A DNA stretch of 32,000 nucleotides from Candidatus Lokiarchaeum ossiferum (GTDB taxonomy: Archaea; Asgardarchaeota; Lokiarchaeia; Sigyniarchaeales; Promethearchaeaceae): the NCBI GenBank assembly GCA_025839675.1, contig CP104013.1, positions 5,310,001 through 5,342,000 of the forward strand. Reading direction: 5' to 3'. Shown piece by piece: positions 1-7,743 of this stretch (position 1 is its first letter; each line of letters opens with the position of its first letter). The notes beneath the pieces are model-generated. The model worked only from the letters and a program-made list of their open reading frames with translations. It searched no databases and was not told where the DNA came from. A program made the position numbers and the translations under genes.

Positions 1-8
1 GTTTTATT

Positions 9-923
9 TTAGAAATAGAGCATGATTTTTTGAACTTCTTCTTTCAATGCTGTGGTTTTTGCTAAAATCTCTTCTGGATTGGTGGTAGTAACATTATTAT
101 ATCCAATACTTAAGAAGAATTTTCGCTTGCTATGTGTAAAACGTGAGATTTGGATTGAAGTTGGCCCTGTTTGTAATGAAAAATCCGCCATATTCAATTC
201 CACTTTTTTAGACTCAAAGCTAGAAAATAATTCTGGTGCGACATTCTTCATCATTTCTTGGTCTACACTGGAAGCAAAATAAGACCCAATCTCGACGAAA
301 TTTTCAGAATATATTATGATAAAGTCAATATTTTCTTGGAAATTATTTTTTTCCACAAATTCTGAGAATATCACGCCAAAATTATCCATTAAAATCGAAT
401 TTCCCATTAATGCTTTCGATAATGCGTGAATGACTGAGATTGGATTGAATATGGAAGTATGGAAAATATCGGCTTCAAGAGGTTTCGCCATCTCAACGAA
501 TTTTTGCCCTACTGTTTCAGCAAGCCTCATTGTATCTGCATCAAGTTCCATTCCTGGATCCAGCTTGTTAATCACAATATTGATTTTCGCTTCAGGACTA
601 TATTCAAGAATGGCTACTCTCACTGCTTGGAAATAATTAATTGCATCATTAAAAGAACTTTGATCTTGAATATCAATGACATAAAAACATTCATCAATAT
701 CAGAAAAATTTATCTCAGCTTTTTTTATGTGCTTCTGGCGAAGTTTAGATTGGCCTCCAAGATCCCAAATGACGATTTCCTTATCAAGAAAGTTGATCTT
801 TGTTCTCTCTATTCCTTTTGTGGGTTTAAGTTTACTTAGGGCTTTAAATTCGCGCTGAAATGTTTTTACAATGCTTGTTTTGCCGGAGTTATCTATTCCT
901 ATAATGGGTATTTTGATTGCCAT
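9..923 (-). CDS. Rag/Gtr-family small GTPase with C-terminal roadblock-like domain (paralog 1)
   Basis: 304 aa. G1 GIDNSGKTS, G3 WDLGGQ, G4 NKLD. 'ILEYSPEAKI' and 'HTSIFNPISVIHALS' parallel the RagA segments 'ILQNSPDAKI' and 'RTSIWDETLYKAWS' recalled from memory. A ~130-aa alpha/beta C-terminal extension follows, as in Rag/Gtr C-terminal roadblock domains. Confidence 0.75.
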   Translation of the reverse strand: MAIKIPIIGIDNSGKTSIVKTFQREFKALSKLKPTKGIERTKINFLDKEIVIWDLGGQSKLRQKHIKKAEINFSDIDECFYVIDIQDQSSFNDAINYFQAVRVAILEYSPEAKINIVINKLDPGMELDADTMRLAETVGQKFVEMAKPLEADIFHTSIFNPISVIHALSKALMGNSILMDNFGVIFSEFVEKNNFQENIDFIIIYSENFVEIGSYFASSVDQEMMKNVAPELFSSFESKKVELNMADFSLQTGPTSIQISRFTHSKRKFFLSIGYNNVTTTNPEEILAKTTALKEEVQKIMLYF

Positions 924-995
924 GTTTATCTGCCATTTATATCAAGTAATACTATCTTAAATATTTTTTTTGAATATGAAAAAAAGAGAATCTTA

Positions 996-1901
996 TTAGA
1001 AATAGTTCATTAACTTCTTAATATCTTCCAAAAGATTAAACGAGTCCATTATTAGAGGTGATGCATCAAGAATTTTGGTAGAATCGTAGCCAAAAGTGAA
1101 ATAAAATGGTTCTTCTCCTATTTCAAATGCAATCATATATAATGTGATTTCTTTTACTTGAAGTGATATTTGCGACAAATTTAATTGTTTTTCTGTAAAA
1201 GTTTTAAATATTTCATGGGAAATATCTCGCATTTGTTGCTGATTAATTGCAGGATTGAAATAGTTTCCAATTTCCATCAGATTTTTTGTAAAAATCATTA
1301 TAAAATCACAACCATTTCCTTTGTTAATAAATTCCATGAATAATATTTGAAAATTATCATAAAGTGTTGTATTCTGGAAAATTGGCTTGGAAAATGCGCG
1401 TATAACATTTATTGGGTTGAAAATTGATGTCTTTGCAATTCTAATATTTAATGGTTGACTGAGTTCCAGAAATTTTTTTTGAAGGGTTTCATACATCTTG
1501 ATATGATCTTCACTGGCTTCAAAACCTGGATCAAATTTATTTATCAGCAAATTGATGGTAGCATCTGGAGAGTATTCCAAAATTGATTCTTTAATATCCC
1601 CAAAAAATGTCATTGATTCCGTCATTGCATCTTGATCTTGAAAATCAATAACAAAGAACAATTCTTCAATGCCGGAAAAATAGGTTTCTGCCTTCTTTTT
1701 ATAGGATTCGCGATATTTTTCTTGACCACCAAAATCCCAAACGACAATATCTGAATCAAGGAATTTTAGCTTGGAACGTTCAATTCCCTTGGTGGGTTTA
1801 ATGGCTTTTTCCAAGGTTTTAAATTCTCTTCGCAGAGTAAGGATTAAACTTGTTTTTCCTCCTCCCGCAATTCCTAAAATTGGTAACTTTCGAATAGGCA
1901 T
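996..1901 (-). CDS. Rag/Gtr-family small GTPase with C-terminal roadblock-like domain (paralog 2)
   Basis: 301 aa, collinear with and clearly homologous to ORF 9..923. G1 GIAGGGKTS, G3 WDFGGQ, G4 NKFD, 'ILEYSPDATI', 'KTSIFNPINVIRAFS'. Same two-domain architecture. Confidence 0.75.
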   Translation of the reverse strand: MPIRKLPILGIAGGGKTSLILTLRREFKTLEKAIKPTKGIERSKLKFLDSDIVVWDFGGQEKYRESYKKKAETYFSGIEELFFVIDFQDQDAMTESMTFFGDIKESILEYSPDATINLLINKFDPGFEASEDHIKMYETLQKKFLELSQPLNIRIAKTSIFNPINVIRAFSKPIFQNTTLYDNFQILFMEFINKGNGCDFIMIFTKNLMEIGNYFNPAINQQQMRDISHEIFKTFTEKQLNLSQISLQVKEITLYMIAFEIGEEPFYFTFGYDSTKILDASPLIMDSFNLLEDIKKLMNYF

Positions 1902-1959
1902 TATTATAACTTTAATTTTAAACTTTTTAAAGCTTAAAAGTAATCATTTTGTTCAAAAA

Positions 1960-2376
1960 CTACTTTTGAAGAGTTGAGAAATATTCCGAAATTGTGGTAT
2001 TCCATCTTGATAAAATAGACTCAATTTTGGAAGTAAGTTCTTTTGAACTTAAAGGTGAATATATGTAGAGATAGCCTTTATTTGTTTTTGGTGATATATC
2101 TTCTCGATTATTCAAAGTACATCGTTCTTTGAATTCTGTCAAGGTCACCGATTTTCGCTCCACTAATCCCTTTTTCATTAAAACTTTAAGGTTTTTCTGG
2201 ATTATTGAACGTTCGCTATCCATAACGTCAACTAAGTTTAAGATACAAGTTCCACTATTTTCCATTTCAACGATATTCATGAAACATTCTAATTGCTTCT
2301 TGCTTAAATTAAAAACGTGGCGTATGATATTTCCAACAAGAATCGATTTATCTGGTAATATAGAAGAAACTGTCAT
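1960..2376 (-). CDS. winged-helix transcriptional regulator (TrmB/MarR-like)
   Basis: 138 aa. 'LSKKQLECFMNIVEMENSGTCILNLVDVMDSERSIIQKNLKVLMKKGLVERK' fits the TrmB/MarR wHTH pattern (helix-turn-helix followed by a ...GLVER wing). Confidence 0.55.
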   Translation of the reverse strand: MTVSSILPDKSILVGNIIRHVFNLSKKQLECFMNIVEMENSGTCILNLVDVMDSERSIIQKNLKVLMKKGLVERKSVTLTEFKERCTLNNREDISPKTNKGYLYIYSPLSSKELTSKIESILSRWNTTISEYFSTLQK

Positions 2377-2447
2377 AAGAACTCAATATATTCATTGGTT
2401 GAAAAAATAAAATATTTGATATTATAAAAAAACTATAGGTGAAGAAA

Positions 2448-2876
2448 TTATTTCGTGTTTTTTTTTATTACAGTGTCAATTATGCTCGCAAATTGAGCTT
2501 TTGGCGCCATTCCGACTTGTCGATGTACTAATTTCTTATTTTTGATAAATAATGTGGTTGGGATACCAGACACTTGGAACTGCTGTGCAATTTGTCCTAA
2601 ATCATCAACATTTAATTTTGCGAAGATTACACCTTTCGATTTAAATTCCTTTTGAAGTGCCTCAAAAGCTGGTGCAAATGCTTTACAAGGTCCACACCAA
2701 GCTGCCCAAAAATCTACAATTATTATATTATCAATATAATCGTTAACTATTTCATTAAAATGGTCAACTGAACTTATATTGACCACGCTATCAGGGAGTT
2801 GTTTTGTTGTCATCATTTCTATCATCTTTTTTCGTCGTATTAATTCTAACTCTTTGTCTTGTGACATTTTTTTCAC
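2448..2876 (-). CDS. trxA: thioredoxin
   Basis: 142 aa. Canonical active site 'WAAWCGPCK' and the downstream 'GIPT' cis-Pro loop. Has an N-terminal charged extension. Confidence 0.9.
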   Translation of the reverse strand: MKKMSQDKELELIRRKKMIEMMTTKQLPDSVVNISSVDHFNEIVNDYIDNIIIVDFWAAWCGPCKAFAPAFEALQKEFKSKGVIFAKLNVDDLGQIAQQFQVSGIPTTLFIKNKKLVHRQVGMAPKAQFASIIDTVIKKNTK

Positions 2877-3127
2877 GTAAGTATTATCGAATGGTTGTGC
2901 ATTTTTTTTTCCATTCTATATTAGTATAAACGATCCATATATTTAAAGGTTGTGCAAAAAAAAAACCTTACTTTCATATTTATTTCTATTTTGCCTAGAA
3001 TGGAGATTGTTTACATTGGAATCTTTTGACCCTTTTTTTCCGAATATTTCGAATGGAACAACTTAAATTAGTCAAATATTTAGATCAAATAGATCTATAT
3101 GGAATTTACCGACACAGGTAATTAACC

Positions 3128-3427
3128 ATGGAAATAACAGAAGAAGCATGTGAATTTGTTTCTGAGCAATCAAGCATAATGCAAGATCCGGTAATAGTCG
3201 TGTTTGAACGAACTTATCGAGGTTGATGCGGTGAAACAAAAGTAATTAATGTGGCTCCTGCTGATCGAGAAAAAGTGATAAGCCCAGAAAACTATATTGA
3301 GAAGAGTATCCCAGAGTGTAAATTTCCTATATTCTTTGAATCGAATTTGCACCATTTATATGATTCTGCCAAAATTGATGTTGTTGGATGGTCTGCTTTT
3401 AGAAGATTGGCATTGACCCAAAATTGA
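3128..3427 (+). CDS. HesB/IscA-like small protein with in-frame UGA (candidate selenocysteine at codon 33)
   Basis: Not in the ORF track. ATG 3128, in-frame TGA at 3224..3226, then 66 further open codons to TGA 3425..3427. Translation: MEITEEACEFVSEQSSIMQDPVIVVFERTYRG-U-CGETKVINVAPADREKVISPENYIEKSIPECKFPIFFESNLHHLYDSAKIDVVGWSAFRRLALTQN. This is collinear with IscA ('ITLSDSAAARV', '[20 protein letters not shown]', '[21 protein letters not shown]'), with U at the IscA 'GCSG' Cys. AGGT lies ~10 nt upstream of the ATG. Confidence 0.6.
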
Positions 3428-3435
3428 ACATCAAA

Positions 3436-3505
3436 TTCTTCAGAATGAAGTGTATCCATAAACTCTTGGGGATACATGGACACCTATTAGCGAATAGGGG
3501 AAGAA
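3436..3505 (+). promoter_or_regulatory. candidate SECIS element in the 3' UTR of the UGA-containing ORF
   Basis: TGTATCC (3451-3457) pairs with GGATACA (3470-3476), plus G3450-U3477. The 12-nt apical loop ATAAACTCTTGG carries AAA at 3460-3462. AUGA (3445-3448) lies opposite GGA (3478-3480), allowing tandem sheared G3447.A3480 / A3448.G3479. An outer TTCTTC (3436-3441) / GAAGAA (3500-3505) helix encloses it and a second hairpin, CCTATT-AGCG-AATAGG (3483-3498). Confidence 0.45.
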
Positions 3506-3517
3506 AATGGATCAATA

Positions 3518-3525
3518 TTTTTTTT
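3518..3525 (+). terminator. oligo-T tract (T8), likely archaeal terminator after the SECIS-like structure
   Basis: T8 run about 90 nt after the stop codon at 3427 and just past the folded region. Archaeal termination commonly uses oligo-T tracts. Confidence 0.35.
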
Positions 3526-3626
3526 CTAGATATCTTACCAATCTTTCTCATTCCACAGCATTTTTTAATAATTGGTGAAATCTATAAGATATGTCTCCCA
3601 ATTTTAAATTTGTTTTTAAAAATCGA

Positions 3627-4055
3627 CTATTTTAACCCTTTTCGTGCTTTTCTTTGAATTATTTTAATTAATCTTTTTGAGATGGGATCTTTAGCTACAA
3701 TATCAGCAAAATCTAAGGGATTGAAAAAGATCTTAAGAATTTTCAATTTGTTTTCTTCAAAAATAAGTGTCTCTGCTTGATGGGATCTAATTATCTGGCC
3801 ATTTTTCAATTTTACTATGGCGTAGAATTCCTCATAGAACACATTACCTTCGGAAATAATTACTACAGGTTCGAAATCAAGTTGTGGTGTCTTTTCAAAT
3901 AACCATTTGAGCCATTGTTGTGCACCCTCTTTTCCTTTCAATGGAACATTGAGGGTGGTTATTTCACAATTTTCATGGAAAAATTTTAATATACTCGGAA
4001 TATTGCGTTCAGTTAAAGCTTTATCGAAATTTTCTGCAATTGTTTTGATATCCAC
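3627..4055 (-). CDS. NTF2-like / SnoaL-like fold protein (tentative)
   Basis: 142 aa. Size and alpha+beta cone pattern ('...ALTERNIPSILKFFHENCEI...', then beta-rich 'GNVFYEEFYAIVKLKNGQIIRSHQAETLIFEENKL') resemble SnoaL/NTF2-like proteins. No catalytic motif recognised. Confidence 0.35.
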   Translation of the reverse strand: MDIKTIAENFDKALTERNIPSILKFFHENCEITTLNVPLKGKEGAQQWLKWLFEKTPQLDFEPVVIISEGNVFYEEFYAIVKLKNGQIIRSHQAETLIFEENKLKILKIFFNPLDFADIVAKDPISKRLIKIIQRKARKGLK

Positions 4056-4182
4056 ATCAATTATTTAACTAAAATAATATTTAAGTCCATATCAAATAAT
4101 AAAATAAAACTTTTTTTAATCGAAAACTTAACATTTTTTCCTTCCTTTCATTAATCTATCGCTTCAAAATCGGAAGCATAAA

Positions 4183-5046
4183 GTGATTTCTGGACTGAAT
4201 TATATGACCCCCTCACCCCAAACAAAGGAAGAATGCCGCAAAATTTTCGAAAAAGGGCTTTCAATTTATAGTAAAAAGGACTATACTTCTGCATTACCTT
4301 ATTTTAAAAAAATGGACCATCGAGAATTTGAAGTTCTGAAATATTATCATCTCGGGTTAACTTACATTCAATTAGGTCAATTTGAAAATGGTTTAACTCA
4401 TTATCGAAAAATTCATGAGATTCCTCCTTCTGTTGAAGGAATAGAATACGATAGAATTATGTATAGTTTGTATATCAATATGGGATCAACTCTCCAAGTG
4501 CTCGCTCGAAGGAAACAAAAACCAGAATTATTTGAAGAGGCGATTACTTGCTATACTTATGCTTTACAAATCAAAGATTTTGATCCTCGAGTATGGAATA
4601 ATTTAGGAAACGCGTATCTTGATATGAATAAATTCCAAGATGCCATTAGATGTTTTAATAAAGCGATTAAATTAGATGATGAATTTCCTGAAGCCTACTA
4701 TTCTCTTTCCTTAGTTTACGAATCCATGAAGATGTATGAGAAAGCTGTGGAAGTATTAAAAAAAGGGTTGCGATGGAAGGCACGAAATAAAACATATTTG
4801 AATCGAATCGCGGGCTTAACCTTTGGGTTGGGAAATTTCCAAGAAGCTAAAGAATATGCTAAACGGGCAGTGGATGTAAAACCCGATGATCTTACTGCAA
4901 ATAAAAATCTCTCATTAATTTTATATAATCTTGGTGAATATGAAGAAGCATTCACATATTATCAGAAATTGTTATTGATTAATCCCGAATTCAAAGAGCC
5001 AGAAGTCGAAGGAATTTTTGAGGATCTTAAAAAAAAGATTTCATAA
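4183..5046 (+). CDS. TPR repeat protein
   Basis: 287 aa with repeated 34-aa TPR signatures (e.g. 'WNNLGNAYLDMNKFQDAIRCFNKAIKLDDEFPEAYYSLSLVYESMKMYEKAVEVLKKGL'). The track start is GTG 4183. An in-frame ATG at 4204 is an equally plausible start. Confidence 0.8.
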   Translation: MISGLNYMTPSPQTKEECRKIFEKGLSIYSKKDYTSALPYFKKMDHREFEVLKYYHLGLTYIQLGQFENGLTHYRKIHEIPPSVEGIEYDRIMYSLYINMGSTLQVLARRKQKPELFEEAITCYTYALQIKDFDPRVWNNLGNAYLDMNKFQDAIRCFNKAIKLDDEFPEAYYSLSLVYESMKMYEKAVEVLKKGLRWKARNKTYLNRIAGLTFGLGNFQEAKEYAKRAVDVKPDDLTANKNLSLILYNLGEYEEAFTYYQKLLLINPEFKEPEVEGIFEDLKKKIS

Positions 5047-5199
5047 ACAGAATAAAATATCAAATGCTAATTTTAGTTTCAAAAAAAACATCTCTTTTTT
5101 TTCCAAAATGGACCAATTTCCTCTATTAATCCACTTTTCACATGATCAAAACAAGAACGCAAGATAATCTTTTTAGGTTTGCCATCTAAAATAGACTAA

Positions 5200-6675
5200 A
5201 TGGATCGACTTGATATTCGTGATTGTAAAGCTGTGGAAGAAAAGTTAAATTTACATTTTGATTCAAAAATCAACAGCAAAATTCTTTTAAATAAAGGAGA
5301 AAATTTTGGATCCATTTCAGATGTTAAAGTTACGGATTATAATGGTGCCAGTGTTGTATATAATTTCGAATTTAATTATATAACAAAAGATTTGGAAGGT
5401 GGGTCTCGCCGTTTTATTTTAAATTTATACTTAGCGGATGACGAAGACCAATTATTTTTGCAGGATCAAATGAATGTAGAAGAAATCATCAAACTAGATA
5501 TCTATGAATTAAAGAAATTTCATTTTGAAAATAATCCTTCGGCTTTGGGTTTCAAATTTATGCTATTAGAATCTATTCCGAATCAAGATCCAATTGCCAA
5601 TATTCGAAAAAATCTGAATTTGAAAAATCCTCAAGCAGTTAAACAACGAATTGAAAAATATCTATCCAAATGGCGCTATCTCCATAAACGCGGTCAAAAG
5701 ATGTTAAAACGCAAGGAAAAATATGTTTGTGTCCATGAAGTAAAGGAATTGGCCTTTGGTTTAAACAACATTGTTTATAATCTTACTTTAAAATATACAA
5801 CTCCTGATGAAAACGAGCATCTAAGAGAATATATCTTGCGTGTTTATCCAAATAATCGAAATCTAATAAAACCGACTAATGAGGCCCAACGATATCATAA
5901 TCTTAGACGTATTGATATCCCTAAAGCAAATCTCTATATTTTTGAGAAATCTCTTAAGCCTCTCGGACACCGTTTTTTAATTTTAGATAAATTGCAAGGA
6001 ACTCCTATCTTAGAAACTATTAGATCCTTTAATCAAGATCAATTGGATAGTTTTATGGCAGATTTAGCCATGTATCTTGGAACGTTGCACTCCCATAGAT
6101 CCAAAAAATATGATTCTTATTATGTTAATGAGTCGATCACCAAAAAATTGCCCTTTGAACGATATATAATGTTGGAAATTAAAAATACTTTGAAAAATTT
6201 CCAAAAAATGGGATTAGATAAAGAGTTGGATGTTGATACACTCTATTTTTATAAATGGTTTCGAGGTCATCGACCATTGCTTAGATTGGATGCATTTTCT
6301 CTGGTTCATGGCGATATTCGACCAAGCAATATTATTGTACAAGATGACAAAATTTCTGGATTAATAGATTGGGAAATGAGTTGTTATTCAGATCCGGCTC
6401 AAGATATTGGGTGGTCATTGTTTTTCTTCAAATTATATGAAAATATGAAAAAACCCCGTGGTTTATTCTTTTCAGAATATTGGAAAGTCTGTGGAGACTA
6501 CAATGTTGAAGCGCGGGTTCGGTTCTATGAAATCTATGCGGCAGTAAAATTGTATATTTATACACGGCATACAGAAGATAAACAACCAGAAAAATATGCT
6601 AAAAATATCGATTTTTTTACACGTGTCAAAAACTTAGTACCCAAGTACATTGACAGCGTGACTCATCGAGATTAG
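5200..6675 (+). CDS. APH/choline-kinase-family protein kinase-like phosphotransferase with duplicated N-lobe-like module
   Basis: 491 aa. Catalytic loop 'LVHGDIRPSNIIV' and metal-binding 'GLIDWE' are typical of the aminoglycoside phosphotransferase family. Residues ~40-130 repeat the pattern of residues ~180-270. Confidence 0.7.
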   Translation: MDRLDIRDCKAVEEKLNLHFDSKINSKILLNKGENFGSISDVKVTDYNGASVVYNFEFNYITKDLEGGSRRFILNLYLADDEDQLFLQDQMNVEEIIKLDIYELKKFHFENNPSALGFKFMLLESIPNQDPIANIRKNLNLKNPQAVKQRIEKYLSKWRYLHKRGQKMLKRKEKYVCVHEVKELAFGLNNIVYNLTLKYTTPDENEHLREYILRVYPNNRNLIKPTNEAQRYHNLRRIDIPKANLYIFEKSLKPLGHRFLILDKLQGTPILETIRSFNQDQLDSFMADLAMYLGTLHSHRSKKYDSYYVNESITKKLPFERYIMLEIKNTLKNFQKMGLDKELDVDTLYFYKWFRGHRPLLRLDAFSLVHGDIRPSNIIVQDDKISGLIDWEMSCYSDPAQDIGWSLFFFKLYENMKKPRGLFFSEYWKVCGDYNVEARVRFYEIYAAVKLYIYTRHTEDKQPEKYAKNIDFFTRVKNLVPKYIDSVTHRD

Positions 6676-6724
6676 CCTTCTTTTTCAATATACTATTTTC
6701 CAAAATGTTTAAACTCATGAAACA

Positions 6725-7183
6725 TTGAATTTTTTTGTGTCGTCAAGTGATCCTCAATTTTCGGATTTTACCTTTACTGAATTACTTAATTTTGTTTCCA
6801 CCATTAGCCGCACTAAAAAACAATCTTCCCTCGGGGTGTGGAAGGATGGGCATGGTTTAGAATCAATGGACCATTTGGAAGCTAATGTGGATCAAATTCT
6901 TGAAGAATTGACAACCCGTGTCAAAAAAGTTTGGTCCTTAGAGCGAATTCAATCTAATTTTGCCAGAGCGGGTTTAAATTTACCCAATGAAATTCTTAAC
7001 ATCTTTAATATAACATCTTCTGAGTTGAATCGATTATTATACAAGTTTCCTCCTGCAATTGGGGCTGAGAACGTCAATGGTGTAGATGAAATCTGGCTGG
7101 TTATTAATAACATGAAATATTTGATGAAATCTGATGGTAAAATTTTTGTTTCAGAAATGCCCCGCAAAGAATTTTTTTCATAA
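6725..7183 (+). CDS. hypothetical protein, paralog A of a tandem pair
   Basis: 152 aa with a TTG start in the track. Shares 'ISRTK.QS..GVWKDGHGL.S.DHLEA.VD.IL.EL' and 'RIQ.NF....LNLP.E.LN....T...LN...YK' with ORF 7274..7708. No known family recognised. Confidence 0.6.
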   Translation: MNFFVSSSDPQFSDFTFTELLNFVSTISRTKKQSSLGVWKDGHGLESMDHLEANVDQILEELTTRVKKVWSLERIQSNFARAGLNLPNEILNIFNITSSELNRLLYKFPPAIGAENVNGVDEIWLVINNMKYLMKSDGKIFVSEMPRKEFFS

Positions 7184-7273
7184 CTTCAAGTTGCAAAGTT
7201 TTTCCCGTTTTTACCACGAATTTCGGTATAAAAACATATAAATGGTCAGAAAATCAGTTATAATTGACAAGAA

Positions 7274-7708
7274 ATGTATTTTGACGATGAGGATAATCCA
7301 TTCAAGAAATTTCAATTTGAAGAACTTGTAGAAATGGTTCGCACAATTTCGAGAACTAAAACTCAATCTCGCGAAGGAGTGTGGAAAGATGGGCACGGTC
7401 TTCAATCCATTGATCATTTAGAAGCTCATGTGGATGATATCCTTGATGAACTCGCCCGAAGAATTCGAGCAAATTTTACCATAGATCGGATCCAACGAAA
7501 TTTTCGTTATAATAAACTTAATCTACCCACAGAATTTCTAAATCTCTACAATTTAACTGCTGCCCAATTGAATTTCATGATATATAAAGATAAAAATTCT
7601 ATAGGGGCAATTTTAACAGATGGTAAGGAAGAAATTTTTATTAAACATGGGCCTGTGCGTTATGTCATGAATACTGAAGGAAATATCGCCGTGATAAAAG
7701 AAAATTAA
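7274..7708 (+). CDS. hypothetical protein, paralog B of a tandem pair
   Basis: 144 aa with an ATG start. Collinear homology to ORF 6725..7183 over its full length. Confidence 0.65.
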   Translation: MYFDDEDNPFKKFQFEELVEMVRTISRTKTQSREGVWKDGHGLQSIDHLEAHVDDILDELARRIRANFTIDRIQRNFRYNKLNLPTEFLNLYNLTAAQLNFMIYKDKNSIGAILTDGKEEIFIKHGPVRYVMNTEGNIAVIKEN

Positions 7709-7743
7709 TTAAAATTAAAGAAAAAAAGAAAAACGGATCTTTT

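Noticed and set aside
2890-2972. Repeated GGTTGTGCA 9-mer, followed once by a T-run and once by an A10 run, plus the small AAGGTT...AACCTT inverted repeat
   Set aside because: These are short and embedded in homopolymer-rich promoter DNA between divergent genes. They could arise by chance in AT-rich sequence, and no supporting structure or conservation is visible.
3170-3483. Minus-strand track ORFs 3170..3355 (61 aa) and 3292..3483 (63 aa)
   Set aside because: They overlap each other in different frames and have no recognisable motifs. They are antisense to a + strand frame that gives an IscA/HesB-collinear protein once the single TGA is read through. The second one would also run across the SECIS-like hairpins.
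3424-3657. Plus-strand track ORF 3424..3657 (77 aa)
   Set aside because: A hydrophobic, low-complexity translation of an AT-rich spacer containing hairpins and a T8 tract, overlapping the end of the convergent gene 3627..4055. It is more consistent with a 3' UTR and terminator region.
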